From assembly GCA_037445065.1 (NCBI GenBank), contig JBBILD010000020.1:1-64000 (forward strand): a stretch of DNA of 64,000 bases, given 5' to 3'. The notes beneath the pieces are model-generated. The model was not told the origin of the DNA. It searched no databases and saw only the letters and a list, made by a program, of their open reading frames with translations. The first letter of the stretch is position 1; every line of letters starts with the position of its first letter. The DNA comes from Myxococcales bacterium (GTDB lineage Bacteria > Desulfobacterota > Binatia > HRBIN30). Of this stretch, positions 40,561 through 50,118 are shown piece by piece. Position numbers and translations under genes: made by a program.

Positions 40561-41475
40561 GGCGTCATCCACCCTACTGGAGAGCCGAGGGCTCACACTG
40601 GCGCGGTTCCGGCCGACCGAACTGCCCGTACTGCGAAACCAACGAGATCGTCCCCAGCGACACGATTCTGCTGCCTCTTTCCACGAGTGAGCGAGGCGAA
40701 TGCGCAAGAGCCGTACCACTTGCCAATCTCGCGTTGGGCAAAACAAGGAGGTGGGAGCCGCCGATGCGATCACCAGCGAAGTGTTACGCAGTGAACGCTT
40801 CTGTCACTTTGCGAACAGGCCCGTAGCGGCGACTACGGCGCGCCGAGCGAGCCGGGGTGAAGCCACAGCAGGGTTCCCGGAACCGCTCAGACCCCCCGCA
40901 TCACGCTACGGCTTCGTCTCCGCGGCTTTCGAGAGATGTGGTAGCAAAACGCCGCAGCGTGCTAGCGGATCACCACCGCCTCCGCTCCGTCCCGTCATCA
41001 CCCGTGCACACCTACGGCGCCCCTTGCTCGTCCGCGGGCGAGGTCTGAACCAGACGCACATGATGGCTCAAGCGGACCCATGCCAGCGCTAGAGACTCTG
41101 CGCGAGCGGGGCGCACACCCTCCGAGCTGCGATCACGCTTCGCTAACGGGCCTTTGGCGATCCACGTGCGGCAAGCTGCCCAGGCGGGGACGACCGTGCG
41201 AAGCGGGAGCGTGCGACCGTTCCAGCGGACTCCGCGCGATCGTTGCCGCCAAAACCTCCGCACCGCCGTGCTGCTCCAGTTTTCCCGGCAAGCGAAACCA
41301 CGCTCCGCACACCGTCCTGCCCTCCCCTGCGCCAGGCTCGAAGCCCTCCGGACGTTCGGATCGTGGATGCCTGCGGGGCAAAGCCCACGCCCATTCGACG
41401 AGTCGCGGGAAGTGCCCTCTTCGCCAACGCCCGCGGAAACAGGGCGACGCTGCCCCGGCCAGGCCGGGACCGTGT

Positions 41476-41832
41476 TCATAACAGCAACAACGGGAGCACG
41501 ATTCCGCCGATCGTGAGAGTCACCACCAACACGGCCACCACCACCTGGCCGGCGCGGTCGGGCCATGATGAATCGGCGCCCTGCCCTACATCCAGCCGGG
41601 CTGGATCGCGCGGGCCTGCGTTGGCAAGCTCCAGGTCCGCCGCGCGCACTTCCTGCACAGCCGCCCGAGGCGCCGCAGCGCAACCCAGGGTCGTGCCTGA
41701 CAGGTACAAGGACAGCACACCCCAGAAGAGGACGGAGGCGCATGCGAGCCCGCGGGCCGCCGGCGCAAGCCGCCTCACGGCATGAAGGTCAAGACGCACT
41801 CGCCCCATGTACGCGAGTGCGAGGTGCGGCAC
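41476..41832 (-). CDS. Small membrane hypothetical protein
   Basis: Hydrophobic leader with TLGC and a C-terminal TM helix. Start is uncertain. Confidence 0.45.
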   Translation of the reverse strand: MPHLALAYMGRVRLDLHAVRRLAPAARGLACASVLFWGVLSLYLSGTTLGCAAAPRAAVQEVRAADLELANAGPRDPARLDVGQGADSSWPDRAGQVVVAVLVVTLTIGGIVLPLLLL

Positions 41833-41879
41833 AAGGCCGTGGCACCGGCGCGATCAATTTTGCGTCAAGAAGAAAGGAG

Positions 41880-41952
41880 TGGAGCTGAGCGGAGTCGAAC
41901 CGCCGACCTCCTGAATGCCATTCAGGCGCTCTCCCAACTGAGCTACAGCCCC
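41880..41952 (-). tRNA. tRNA-Ala(GGC), CCA not encoded
   Basis: Reverse complement GGGGCTGTAGCTCAGTTGGGAGAGCGCCTGAATGGCATTCAGGAGGTCGGCGGTTCGACTCCGCTCAGCTCCA folds as a cloverleaf with G3:U70. Confidence 0.97.
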
Positions 41953-42597
41953 AGAATCCCCGTGATTCAACAGCCCGCGTTCCCTAGCCCAAACCCACCA
42001 GTAGAGCAACCGCGGCAGGAGCAGCAGCTCTGAGGGTTCTCCGGGCAGCGATCCGTGCCCGGTTGCATGGCCCCTGTGCAGGCGGCCGCGAACGGTTGGA
42101 CCGAGCGACAACGCTTCCTGGGGCCGACCCATCGAGCCGGCCCGCCTTCGTCTGAGCACCGATGACTGGGCGGTTCCAACTGCAGCGAACGAAATCCAGC
42201 AACCCCTCCCCTGCGCGCCCGCGTTCCCTGCTCGAGTGACAGCGGCACCAAAGGGATCGAGGAAGCGCGACAAGCCTGGCTGTCTCCGTTCCCTCCCCAT
42301 GCGCCCCTGGATTGCGTCTTCTCCCCACCCCCTCTCTGGCCCTTGCGCACCCGCGCCTACTGCCAGACGAGCTCGCTGGGACATGGCGCGTTCCCTTCGT
42401 TCATCCATCCGCTGCGCACCGACGAACGGTTTCACGCCAGCGGTACGAACCCTAGCCGCGGAAACCCGCAGTTGCTCGCGTGCAGCGGCAAGGTGGTGCC
42501 GCCACAGATCGTATCGGCTGCGCCGACTCGCGCTAGCGTGCGAGTCGGCCACCCCGGCAGGGGGATACGCCGTGCGAGCCCCGCGTGCGCGCCCGCG

Positions 42598-43296
42598 TCA
42601 GGGGCCTGGTCGCCTGAGCATGCGCCAGATCTCCACCCCATGGCAGCGGAATGTACCCACGCAACGGAACCCCTGGCGCGAGTAGAACCAAAGGTTCTGC
42701 TCGCGCGCCGTCTCCAAATACACCGGCCAATGCAAAGGCGAGTGCGCAAACACGTGCGCTAACAAGCCGGAGCCTAGTCCCCGCCGCTGATGTTCCGGAT
42801 CCACGGCTAGGGTGCGGACGTAGGTGAACGGGCCTGGCGGCGCGTGACGTGCAATTGCCTGCGCGGCCTCGATGCTGCGGCGCGTGGCTTTGAGCCCCAT
42901 GCGTGACATCCCGAGCAGCGAGAACCAAGTGTCCGCCGGGGCTTGCAGTCCCATGCCCGGGCGCGAAACCAACACGACCGCGGCGAACTCGCCCCGTTCA
43001 CTGCGCACGACCCAGGCCGGCTGCGGCGACAGCGCATGCGCGCGTACCGACAAAAGAAAGCTCCAGAACATACGCCGCTGACCCACCCGGTCTGCAGCGC
43101 CGCAAATCGCAGTCACCAACGGATCGCCCGCAAAAGCGCGCACGAGCAAGTGCGCAACTTCTTTTTGGTCCGACCAGGCAAGAGGCGCGAGTCGGTAGCC
43201 CGGCGGGAAGCCATGACCCGCGCACCCTGCACGCTCGGCTGCACCACCCCAGCTCCCCCCGTTGGTGGCCATCTCCTGGCGACTCGCGCGCGTCAT
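42598..43296 (-). CDS. GNAT N-acetyltransferase
   Basis: LAVDPEHQRRGLGSGL, YLET, NLWFYSRQGF. Start at 43296 or 43272. Confidence 0.88.
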   Translation of the reverse strand: MTRASRQEMATNGGSWGGAAERAGCAGHGFPPGYRLAPLAWSDQKEVAHLLVRAFAGDPLVTAICGAADRVGQRRMFWSFLLSVRAHALSPQPAWVVRSERGEFAAVVLVSRPGMGLQAPADTWFSLLGMSRMGLKATRRSIEAAQAIARHAPPGPFTYVRTLAVDPEHQRRGLGSGLLAHVFAHSPLHWPVYLETAREQNLWFYSRQGFRCVGTFRCHGVEIWRMLRRPGP

Positions 43297-43401
43297 GGCA
43301 CCCCTTTCTTGCCGAAGAAACCCGCCTTCTTCCATACCCTTCTGAACGCAAAACTTCGCTGGCCCGTGCGCTCGATGAATGGCAGACTGGACAAAAACCG
43401 T

Positions 43402-44640
43402 ATGGTGCAAGCGCTTCGTCCGCCGCGTTCCATCACTGCTGCGCGCCTCATGCAAGCTCGCTGGGTGCTGGTGCTGGCAACGAGCTACCTGGTTTGGTTC
43501 AGCGAGCAAGCAAAACCAGCGAGTTGGCTGGTGGCCGCGTATGTCGCCGCCTACCTGGCCAGTGCGCCGCTCCTGCACGCGCTTTGGAACCGCTCCGCGA
43601 GTCGCTCGGCTTGGGAAACGCGCATCGTGCTGTTCGACGTCACCATGGTTTCCCTCGGCCTGCTGCTGGCGGGGTCCGCCACCGATTTCTATCCGATTTT
43701 CTTCTTCGCACTGTTTGTGGCTGCGATTGCGCTCGATTGGCGAGCAGCGGTGGCGGCCGCAACGCTCTTGGGTGTTATCCACCTCGCGCGCCTAGCCTCG
43801 GTGGGAGACCAGCCTCTCTGGTTCCATTCCGAGCACCTGCTGCGCCTCCCCTTCCTGCTCGCCGCGGCGTTGTTTTTCGGGTTAGTGTCGAGTCATCAAC
43901 GCAAACGCGCTCACCGTCTGCTGCAGCAGCAGCACCGCCGCGCCGTCCTGCAAACGCTGGCCGCGGCAGCGCACGATTTGCGCAGCCCGCTCACCAATGT
44001 CGCCTCGTTTACCGACCTGCTCTTGGCCGGGGACGCAGGTGAACTCAGCCCAGATCAGCGCGACTTGGTGGAGCGGATCCAGACAGACATTTGGCGGGTC
44101 TTGCAGCGGGCCAGCAACTTGCTCGATGCGGCTCGCCTCGGCTCCGGTTTGTTCGCACTCGCGCGCGGTAACCACGACCTGCTGGTCATCACCCGCAACA
44201 CGGTGGCAGAGCTGGCGAGCTGGGCACGCATCCATGGCGTGGCGCTGGCGGTGGACAACCAGGCGCGGGACACCACAGCGGAAGTAGACGAGTTCCAATT
44301 CGGGCGGGTGCTGGCCAACCTTTTGGACAACGCCATCAAACATAGCCCGCGCGGCTCGCAGGTCGGCGTACGCCTGTGGAATCCGGACCCCGATTCGATC
44401 GGTGTGGAAGTGTGCGATCAGGGCCCGGGGATCCCCGTCGAGCAGCAAAAGCGGCTCTTCCAACCCTACCTGGCAGCAGGGAGGATCCGTAGCAAGCAGA
44501 GTAGCGGCCTCGGCTTGTACATCGCCCACGGAATCACCAAAGCGCACGGAGGCACGATTGTCGTAGACAGCTCCCCCCAACGCGGCACCTGCGTGCGCGT
44601 GGTCATCCCGCGGGCAACTGAGGCACGCCAGCCTGCCTGA
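43402..44640 (+). CDS. Membrane sensor histidine kinase (no adjacent regulator)
   Basis: About 5-6 TMs, H-box AHDLRSPL, NLLDNAIKH, DQGPGI, GLGL. Start is uncertain (43375 or 43402). Confidence 0.92.
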   Translation: MVQALRPPRSITAARLMQARWVLVLATSYLVWFSEQAKPASWLVAAYVAAYLASAPLLHALWNRSASRSAWETRIVLFDVTMVSLGLLLAGSATDFYPIFFFALFVAAIALDWRAAVAAATLLGVIHLARLASVGDQPLWFHSEHLLRLPFLLAAALFFGLVSSHQRKRAHRLLQQQHRRAVLQTLAAAAHDLRSPLTNVASFTDLLLAGDAGELSPDQRDLVERIQTDIWRVLQRASNLLDAARLGSGLFALARGNHDLLVITRNTVAELASWARIHGVALAVDNQARDTTAEVDEFQFGRVLANLLDNAIKHSPRGSQVGVRLWNPDPDSIGVEVCDQGPGIPVEQQKRLFQPYLAAGRIRSKQSSGLGLYIAHGITKAHGGTIVVDSSPQRGTCVRVVIPRATEARQPA

Positions 44641-44661
44641 GCCGGTAACGTACAGGCGACG

Positions 44662-46293
44662 TCAATCTTTGCCGAGCGGGCCGGACCAGCGGAAGTCCCG
44701 AAAGCGCTCGCGCAGCTCGTGCTTGGCAATCTTACCAACGCTGGTTTTCGGCAGGGCATCGAGGAAGACAACGTCGTCGGGCAGCCACCACTTGGCGACG
44801 CGCGGAGCGAGAAACTCGAGGATTTCTTCACGGGTCAACTGCTCGCCGGGCCGCACCACGACGCAGGCGAGTGGCCGTTCTTGCCAGCGCTCGTGCGGGA
44901 GTCCGATGACCGCGGCTTCCAGAACTTTCGGGTGCGCCATGATTTCGTTTTCCAGCTCCACGCTAGAAATCCACTCTCCACCGCTCTTGATCACGTCCTT
45001 GGCGCGGTCGGTGATTTGTAGGTAGCCGTTCGCGTCAATGGTGCCGATGTCGCCGGTTTTAAACCAGCCGCGATCGAAGGAAGCCGGAGAGCGCTCGTCT
45101 CGGTAATACTCGCCCACCACCCATGGTCCCCGCACCTGCAGCTCACCCACACTCTTGCCATCCCACGGCAGTTCGCTGCCGTCGTCACCGACGATGCGCA
45201 TTTCCACAAAGGGAACAGCGCGCCCCTGCTTCGCCCGCACTTTGCGCTTTTGCTCTGCCGGCCAATCCCTCATGAAGCTCGCCGGCTTGGAAACCGCGGC
45301 CAGAGGCGAGGTTTCGGTCATTCCCCACGCCTGCACCACCTCGATGCCCAGGGCATCGAACCGCGCCAGCAGGCTTTCCGGCACAGCAGAGCCCCCGCAG
45401 GGGACGCAACGCAGGCTCGACAAGTCGTACGGGTGTTTCTCGAGAGCAGCGAGTATGCCCAGTAACACCGTTGGGACACCAGCCGTTACCGTGACGCGGT
45501 GGTTTTCGATGAGCTGGCAAAGGTCCTCCGGGGTCGGTTGCACTCCAGGATAGATCTGTGCCGCGCCGACCATGGTGGAGGCGTACGGAAGCCCCCATGC
45601 GTTCGCGTGAAACATCGGGACGATCGGCAGGACGACGTCCGCTTCGGTCAGCCCGAAGCCATCGGCCGAGCACAACGCAATGGTGTGCAACGCAAGCGCA
45701 CGGTGCGAGTACAAAACCCCCTTCGGATTGCCGGTCGTACCCGAGGTGTAACACATCGCTGCGGCGGTATTCTCGTCGAAGCGAGGAAAAGCATCATCGC
45801 TCGGCGCTCGGCGCAGCAGCTCCTCGTACGAAAACACCGGCTCGAGCTTCGTGCTCGGGATCTCCCCATCGCCCATCACGACGTACGCTTTGACCCGTTC
45901 GAAGCGCGGGGCAAGTGCCTCCAGCGCCGGCACCAGAGCGTCGTCTACAAAAATCACCGCGTCTTCGGCATGGTTCACAATGAAAGCGATCTGTTCGGGG
46001 AACAGGCGAATGTTGAGTGTGTGCAGAACGCGGCCCATGGCAGGCACGCCGAAGTACAGCTCGAGGTGGCGGAAGGTGTTCCAGGCAAAGGTGGCCACGC
46101 GCTCGCCGGGGGCTGTCCCTAACGTTTCCAAGACGTGCCCCAGCCGGCACACACGCTGGTACATTTCCACGTAACTGTACGTTTCCACGCCATACTGGGT
46201 GCGACTCGAGACATGCTTGTTGGCGAACAGCTTGGCGGCTCGGCGCAAGATACTGGTCAGCAAAAGCGGTTCGTCCATCATGAGTCCGCGCAT
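44662..46293 (-). CDS. Fatty-acid--CoA ligase (AlkK/DmdB-like)
   Basis: YTSGTTGNPKG, PMFHANAWG, WGMTE, KSGGEWISS. Confidence 0.93.
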   Translation of the reverse strand: MRGLMMDEPLLLTSILRRAAKLFANKHVSSRTQYGVETYSYVEMYQRVCRLGHVLETLGTAPGERVATFAWNTFRHLELYFGVPAMGRVLHTLNIRLFPEQIAFIVNHAEDAVIFVDDALVPALEALAPRFERVKAYVVMGDGEIPSTKLEPVFSYEELLRRAPSDDAFPRFDENTAAAMCYTSGTTGNPKGVLYSHRALALHTIALCSADGFGLTEADVVLPIVPMFHANAWGLPYASTMVGAAQIYPGVQPTPEDLCQLIENHRVTVTAGVPTVLLGILAALEKHPYDLSSLRCVPCGGSAVPESLLARFDALGIEVVQAWGMTETSPLAAVSKPASFMRDWPAEQKRKVRAKQGRAVPFVEMRIVGDDGSELPWDGKSVGELQVRGPWVVGEYYRDERSPASFDRGWFKTGDIGTIDANGYLQITDRAKDVIKSGGEWISSVELENEIMAHPKVLEAAVIGLPHERWQERPLACVVVRPGEQLTREEILEFLAPRVAKWWLPDDVVFLDALPKTSVGKIAKHELRERFRDFRWSGPLGKD

Positions 46294-46296
46294 GGG

Positions 46297-47847
46297 TCAG
46301 CTCCTTTCCACCGCACGTGAGAACGGCTCGCGCTCATCGGGACGGGCCTGCAGCCGTTCCTCCAGGGCTTGGCGAGCGACTTCCCGATCATCAAAGGGTA
46401 CGGTGTGGTCGGCAAAGATTTGATACGTCTCGTGCCCCTTGCCAGCGATCAGCACCACGTCACCGGTGCGCGCCTCGGCGATGGCCGCGTGAATGGCGCT
46501 GGCGCGGTCCACGATGACCTCGATGCGGGCTTTCCCCTGGCCCGGCGCGATTCCGGCCACGATGTCCGCGACAATGGCTTCCGGGGCCTCGCTGCGCGGG
46601 TTGTCCGAGGTCACGAACACCACATCGCTCCCTGCTGCCGCTACCTGTCCCATCAGCGGGCGTTTGCCCCGGTCGCGGTCCCCGCCGCAGCCAAACACCG
46701 TCAGAATCCGCCGCGGCCCCAGCGCCTGAGCACTGCGGATCAACTTATCGAGTGCCTCCGGCTTATGGGCGTAGTCCACAATCACAAGAAAATCCTGACC
46801 GCAGTCTACCCGCTCGAAGCGACCTGGCACAGCTGGGGCCGACGCCAAGCCGCGAGCGATCGTCTCCAGCGAAATTCCGAGCACCAGCCCCACAGCGGCG
46901 GCGGCCAACGCGTTGTGCACGTGGAAGATCCCGGGATGAGGGAGATGCACGGGAAGACTGCCCCAAGGGCTCGCCAGCAGAAAACGGGTGCCGGATAGAT
47001 CCGTAGATACGTTTTCCGCGCGCACGCTCGCGTGGGGCGCCAAGCCATACGTGCACAGCTCGCCGCGGTTCACCCCGCAGATGTACGTGCTTGCTGGGTC
47101 GTCCACATTGACCACTGCAGTGGCGCGCTTCCCGCCGCTCGAGAGTTCTTCGAACAGCCGCCCTTTGGCGCGCAGGTAGTGGTGCATGTCGGGATGGAAG
47201 TTCAAGTGATCGCGCCCCAAGTTCGTGAACACGGCGACGTCGAACGCCACGCTGGCAACCCGCCTGAGTTCGAGGGCGTGCGACGACACCTCCATCACCA
47301 CAGCCCGGCAGCCGGCGCTCCGTGCCCGCGAGAGAAGCGCCTGCAGTTCGGGCGCCTCGGGCGTGGTTTGCCGCGCCGGCAGCTCCTCCTCGCCAATCCG
47401 GTGACCCACCGTTCCGAAGCGCGCCGTGCGCCAACCTGCCTTGCGCAAAATGCTGTCGGTGAAGAAGCACGTGGAGGTCTTCCCACTCGTTCCCGTGACC
47501 CCGACAACCACCAAATCCTGAGAGGGGTCGCCGTAAAAGCGCGCAGCGAGTTCCGCGACCGCCTGCCACGCATTACGTACCCGCACCACGGGGACGCCCT
47601 CGATCTCCGGCACGTCCCGCTCGACGATGACTGCCACCGCACCTCGCCGCACTGCCTCCAGAGCAAAAGGGTGGCGGTCCGGGTACGACTCTCCTCCCTC
47701 CGTCCGATAGCCGGGCAGGCAGACGAACACCTCGCCCCGGCGCACGTGCCGCGAGTGGGTGGCGATTCCGCTTACCATGGTGGAAGCGTCGCCGCGCACC
47801 ACCTCGTGCGGAATTCCTGCGAGTAGCCGGTCTAAGCGCCAGTCCAC
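46297..47847 (-). CDS. murE: UDP-MurNAc-tripeptide synthetase (mDAP-type)
   Basis: GVTGTSGKTS, TTPEA, MEVSSH, VDYAH, GCGGDRD, DNPR, AGKGHE. GTG start inferred just after the upstream stop. Confidence 0.93.
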   Translation of the reverse strand: MDWRLDRLLAGIPHEVVRGDASTMVSGIATHSRHVRRGEVFVCLPGYRTEGGESYPDRHPFALEAVRRGAVAVIVERDVPEIEGVPVVRVRNAWQAVAELAARFYGDPSQDLVVVGVTGTSGKTSTCFFTDSILRKAGWRTARFGTVGHRIGEEELPARQTTPEAPELQALLSRARSAGCRAVVMEVSSHALELRRVASVAFDVAVFTNLGRDHLNFHPDMHHYLRAKGRLFEELSSGGKRATAVVNVDDPASTYICGVNRGELCTYGLAPHASVRAENVSTDLSGTRFLLASPWGSLPVHLPHPGIFHVHNALAAAAVGLVLGISLETIARGLASAPAVPGRFERVDCGQDFLVIVDYAHKPEALDKLIRSAQALGPRRILTVFGCGGDRDRGKRPLMGQVAAAGSDVVFVTSDNPRSEAPEAIVADIVAGIAPGQGKARIEVIVDRASAIHAAIAEARTGDVVLIAGKGHETYQIFADHTVPFDDREVARQALEERLQARPDEREPFSRAVERS

Positions 47848-47854
47848 CAGATTC

Positions 47855-49285
47855 TCACAAGACACGGACGACGATCGTGCGGGTGGCGCCGACATTGCCG
47901 TTTACATCGCGCAAGCGCACAGTAACACGGGTATCTCCGGTCGGGAAGGCAATGGAGGCGTCCACCGCGGCGCAGAACTGCAGCGTGCTTTGCTCGCTTG
48001 CAAAGCCATATTCCCCGCTCGGGAACAGCACGCACCCCTCGCCGGGCTGGCGGCCGAACGGTTGGTTCTGCCCGTCGCGGAAGCGGCAAGCAAGGTCGTT
48101 CACTCGCCCGATATTTTCTGCGGTGAGGGAGGGATCCACTTCCGGCAAGGCGGGTACCCCTCCTCCGGGCCGTGGTGTTGCCGCCGGACCTACCTGGGGC
48201 ATGTCGCACACCTCGGGACTGCCGTTGCCGAGATCGCGTGAGACCCAGATCTGCAAGTCTGGGAAGGTAATCAGATCGGGTTGGAAGGTCCGCGGGCTTA
48301 CCGGCGCGCCGCTCGGTCCGGGCTTGCCCTCCACCACCAGGTGGAACCCGAACCCGGCACGGCGTACGAAGATCGGGGCTCCGTCGGCAGTGACATCCAA
48401 AGGCTCGATGAGGCTCCCATCGGCACGGGCCACTCCGAAGAAGGTGATCTCGGGTCCGATCCGTTCCGGCTGTAGCGGCGTGGGTGTAGGGCTCGGGGTC
48501 GGCGGGCTGGTGGGCGGCGGCAGCACCCGTACCACCATGCGGGCGGCAGGGCCGACGTTACCGAGCACGTCGCGCAGGCGCACGGTGAGAACGGTGTCGC
48601 CCAGCGGAAACTCGATAAAGCGCGAAACCAGCGCACAGTACTGCACGGTGCTGCTGCGGTTTACGAACTCGTAGTCGCCCGTAGGAAAGAGCGTGCACGC
48701 GTCGGCCGGACCCACACCCAAAAAGTGGCCTTCTCCGTCCACAAACCGGCAACCGAGATCGTTCATAGCGGCAATCCGCTCCGGGGAAGGAGAAAAGTCA
48801 GGCGGGTCCACAGCCGGCACACCGCCCCCCGGCGGCGCGTTGTCACACGCCTCCGCGCTGCCGTTGCCGAGTGGCCTCGAGGCAACGATTTGCAGGTCCG
48901 GCAGCGAAGCCAAATCCTCGCGAAAGGTGACCAACCCAACTGGAGCACCGCTGATCCCCGGCCTGCCCTCGATAACCAAGAAGAAACCGGAGCCACCAAA
49001 GCGGACGAATACCGGTGTGCCGTCTTCGAGCACTTGCTCGGGCTCGAGCACGGAAGCATCCGCGCGCGCCAAGCCGAGATAGGAGACTTGCGGGCCGATC
49101 GTCGCCTCTGGCGTCGCGGTCGCGGTTGCGGTTGCACTCGGCACGGGCGTTGGCGTCACAAGCGGTGGCGGAGTAAACGTGGGCGAAGAAACGAACAAAA
49201 CCGGCTCGTCGTCCCCACCACAGCCCACCACCCAAAACGTCATCAACACCGCTGCCCCGGCCAAAAGTCTTCCATTCCGTCTCAT
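47855..49285 (-). CDS. Lipoprotein with two ~190-aa internal repeats and Pro/Thr linkers
   Basis: Lipobox VVGC. Repeats IGPxxxxxGxARAD...DLxCRF...QxCA...TVRLRDVxGNVG occur twice. Confidence 0.85.
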   Translation of the reverse strand: MRRNGRLLAGAAVLMTFWVVGCGGDDEPVLFVSSPTFTPPPLVTPTPVPSATATATATPEATIGPQVSYLGLARADASVLEPEQVLEDGTPVFVRFGGSGFFLVIEGRPGISGAPVGLVTFREDLASLPDLQIVASRPLGNGSAEACDNAPPGGGVPAVDPPDFSPSPERIAAMNDLGCRFVDGEGHFLGVGPADACTLFPTGDYEFVNRSSTVQYCALVSRFIEFPLGDTVLTVRLRDVLGNVGPAARMVVRVLPPPTSPPTPSPTPTPLQPERIGPEITFFGVARADGSLIEPLDVTADGAPIFVRRAGFGFHLVVEGKPGPSGAPVSPRTFQPDLITFPDLQIWVSRDLGNGSPEVCDMPQVGPAATPRPGGGVPALPEVDPSLTAENIGRVNDLACRFRDGQNQPFGRQPGEGCVLFPSGEYGFASEQSTLQFCAAVDASIAFPTGDTRVTVRLRDVNGNVGATRTIVVRVL

Positions 49286-49516
49286 GCGTTCCTCCTCTCC
49301 ACCCCGAGCCCAAGGGTCGCGCCGGCGCGCTTCCTACCGCGAATTGGGGCGCGGTACAACCACTGGCAGCAGCCGTCCGAATAGCGCGAGCGCGTTCCGC
49401 CGCCCCGCCGGGCAAGCCAGAACAGCAACGCCACTCTCCCCCGAGCGCATGTGCCCCGCCCGCCCAGCGCGAAGAGGAAGTGCCCAGGAGCAAGACACCC
49501 CCGGCACGCCGCCGGC

Positions 49517-49927
49517 TCAGCGAGTTTTCCGCTTGTGCGGCGCCGCCGAGGACCGCGCATTGCTGCTTCCGGCAGTCCACTCCACGACGCCCTGATCCAC
49601 CGCGGCTTGCAGCTTGCGGACTTCATCGAGGATGCGGCGGAAGCGGCGGCCGAAGCTCGTGAGGCGGTACTCCACTTCGAGCGGCGGCTTTTCCCCATGT
49701 ACCTCCCGCTGCAAGATTCCAAAGCGCACCATTTTGCGCAGTCGCTCGTTCATAACTTTTGCCGAAAGGCCTGGACTCGCGCGCAACAAGGCACTGGGGC
49801 GGCGGTAGCCGTCAGCAAGCAAGCGGAGCAGGTGAACGGACCATTTGCACCCCACTACGTCTTCCACCATCTCCGCCACGGAGACGCGCTCCTGCTGGTG
49901 TTCTACCGCGTGACCGTCTGCCGGCAT
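49517..49927 (-). CDS. HxlR-family winged-helix transcriptional regulator
   Basis: GCKWSV, PGLSAKVMNERL, PPLEVEYRLTSFG. Confidence 0.9.
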   Translation of the reverse strand: MPADGHAVEHQQERVSVAEMVEDVVGCKWSVHLLRLLADGYRRPSALLRASPGLSAKVMNERLRKMVRFGILQREVHGEKPPLEVEYRLTSFGRRFRRILDEVRKLQAAVDQGVVEWTAGSSNARSSAAPHKRKTR

Positions 49928-50118
49928 GACTCGGCTTTCTTATCAAAGCCTATTCAGGAAACAAAAGGTGTTCGCCGGCACTGCGATTGGCGTTGGCGGT
50001 TCTGCATGCAGGGCGCACCGCGATTCGCAACAAGCGACCGTGGGGGGGGTGCTCTCGAGCGATTCCTCAGCCACAACGACGCCTTGTGTCAGCGGCGAGT
50101 CTTTGGCAACAGAAAGTG

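Noticed and set aside
41850..41960. tRNA-Ala as an integration site
   Set aside because: No integrase, and no duplicated tRNA 3' end was noticed in the window.
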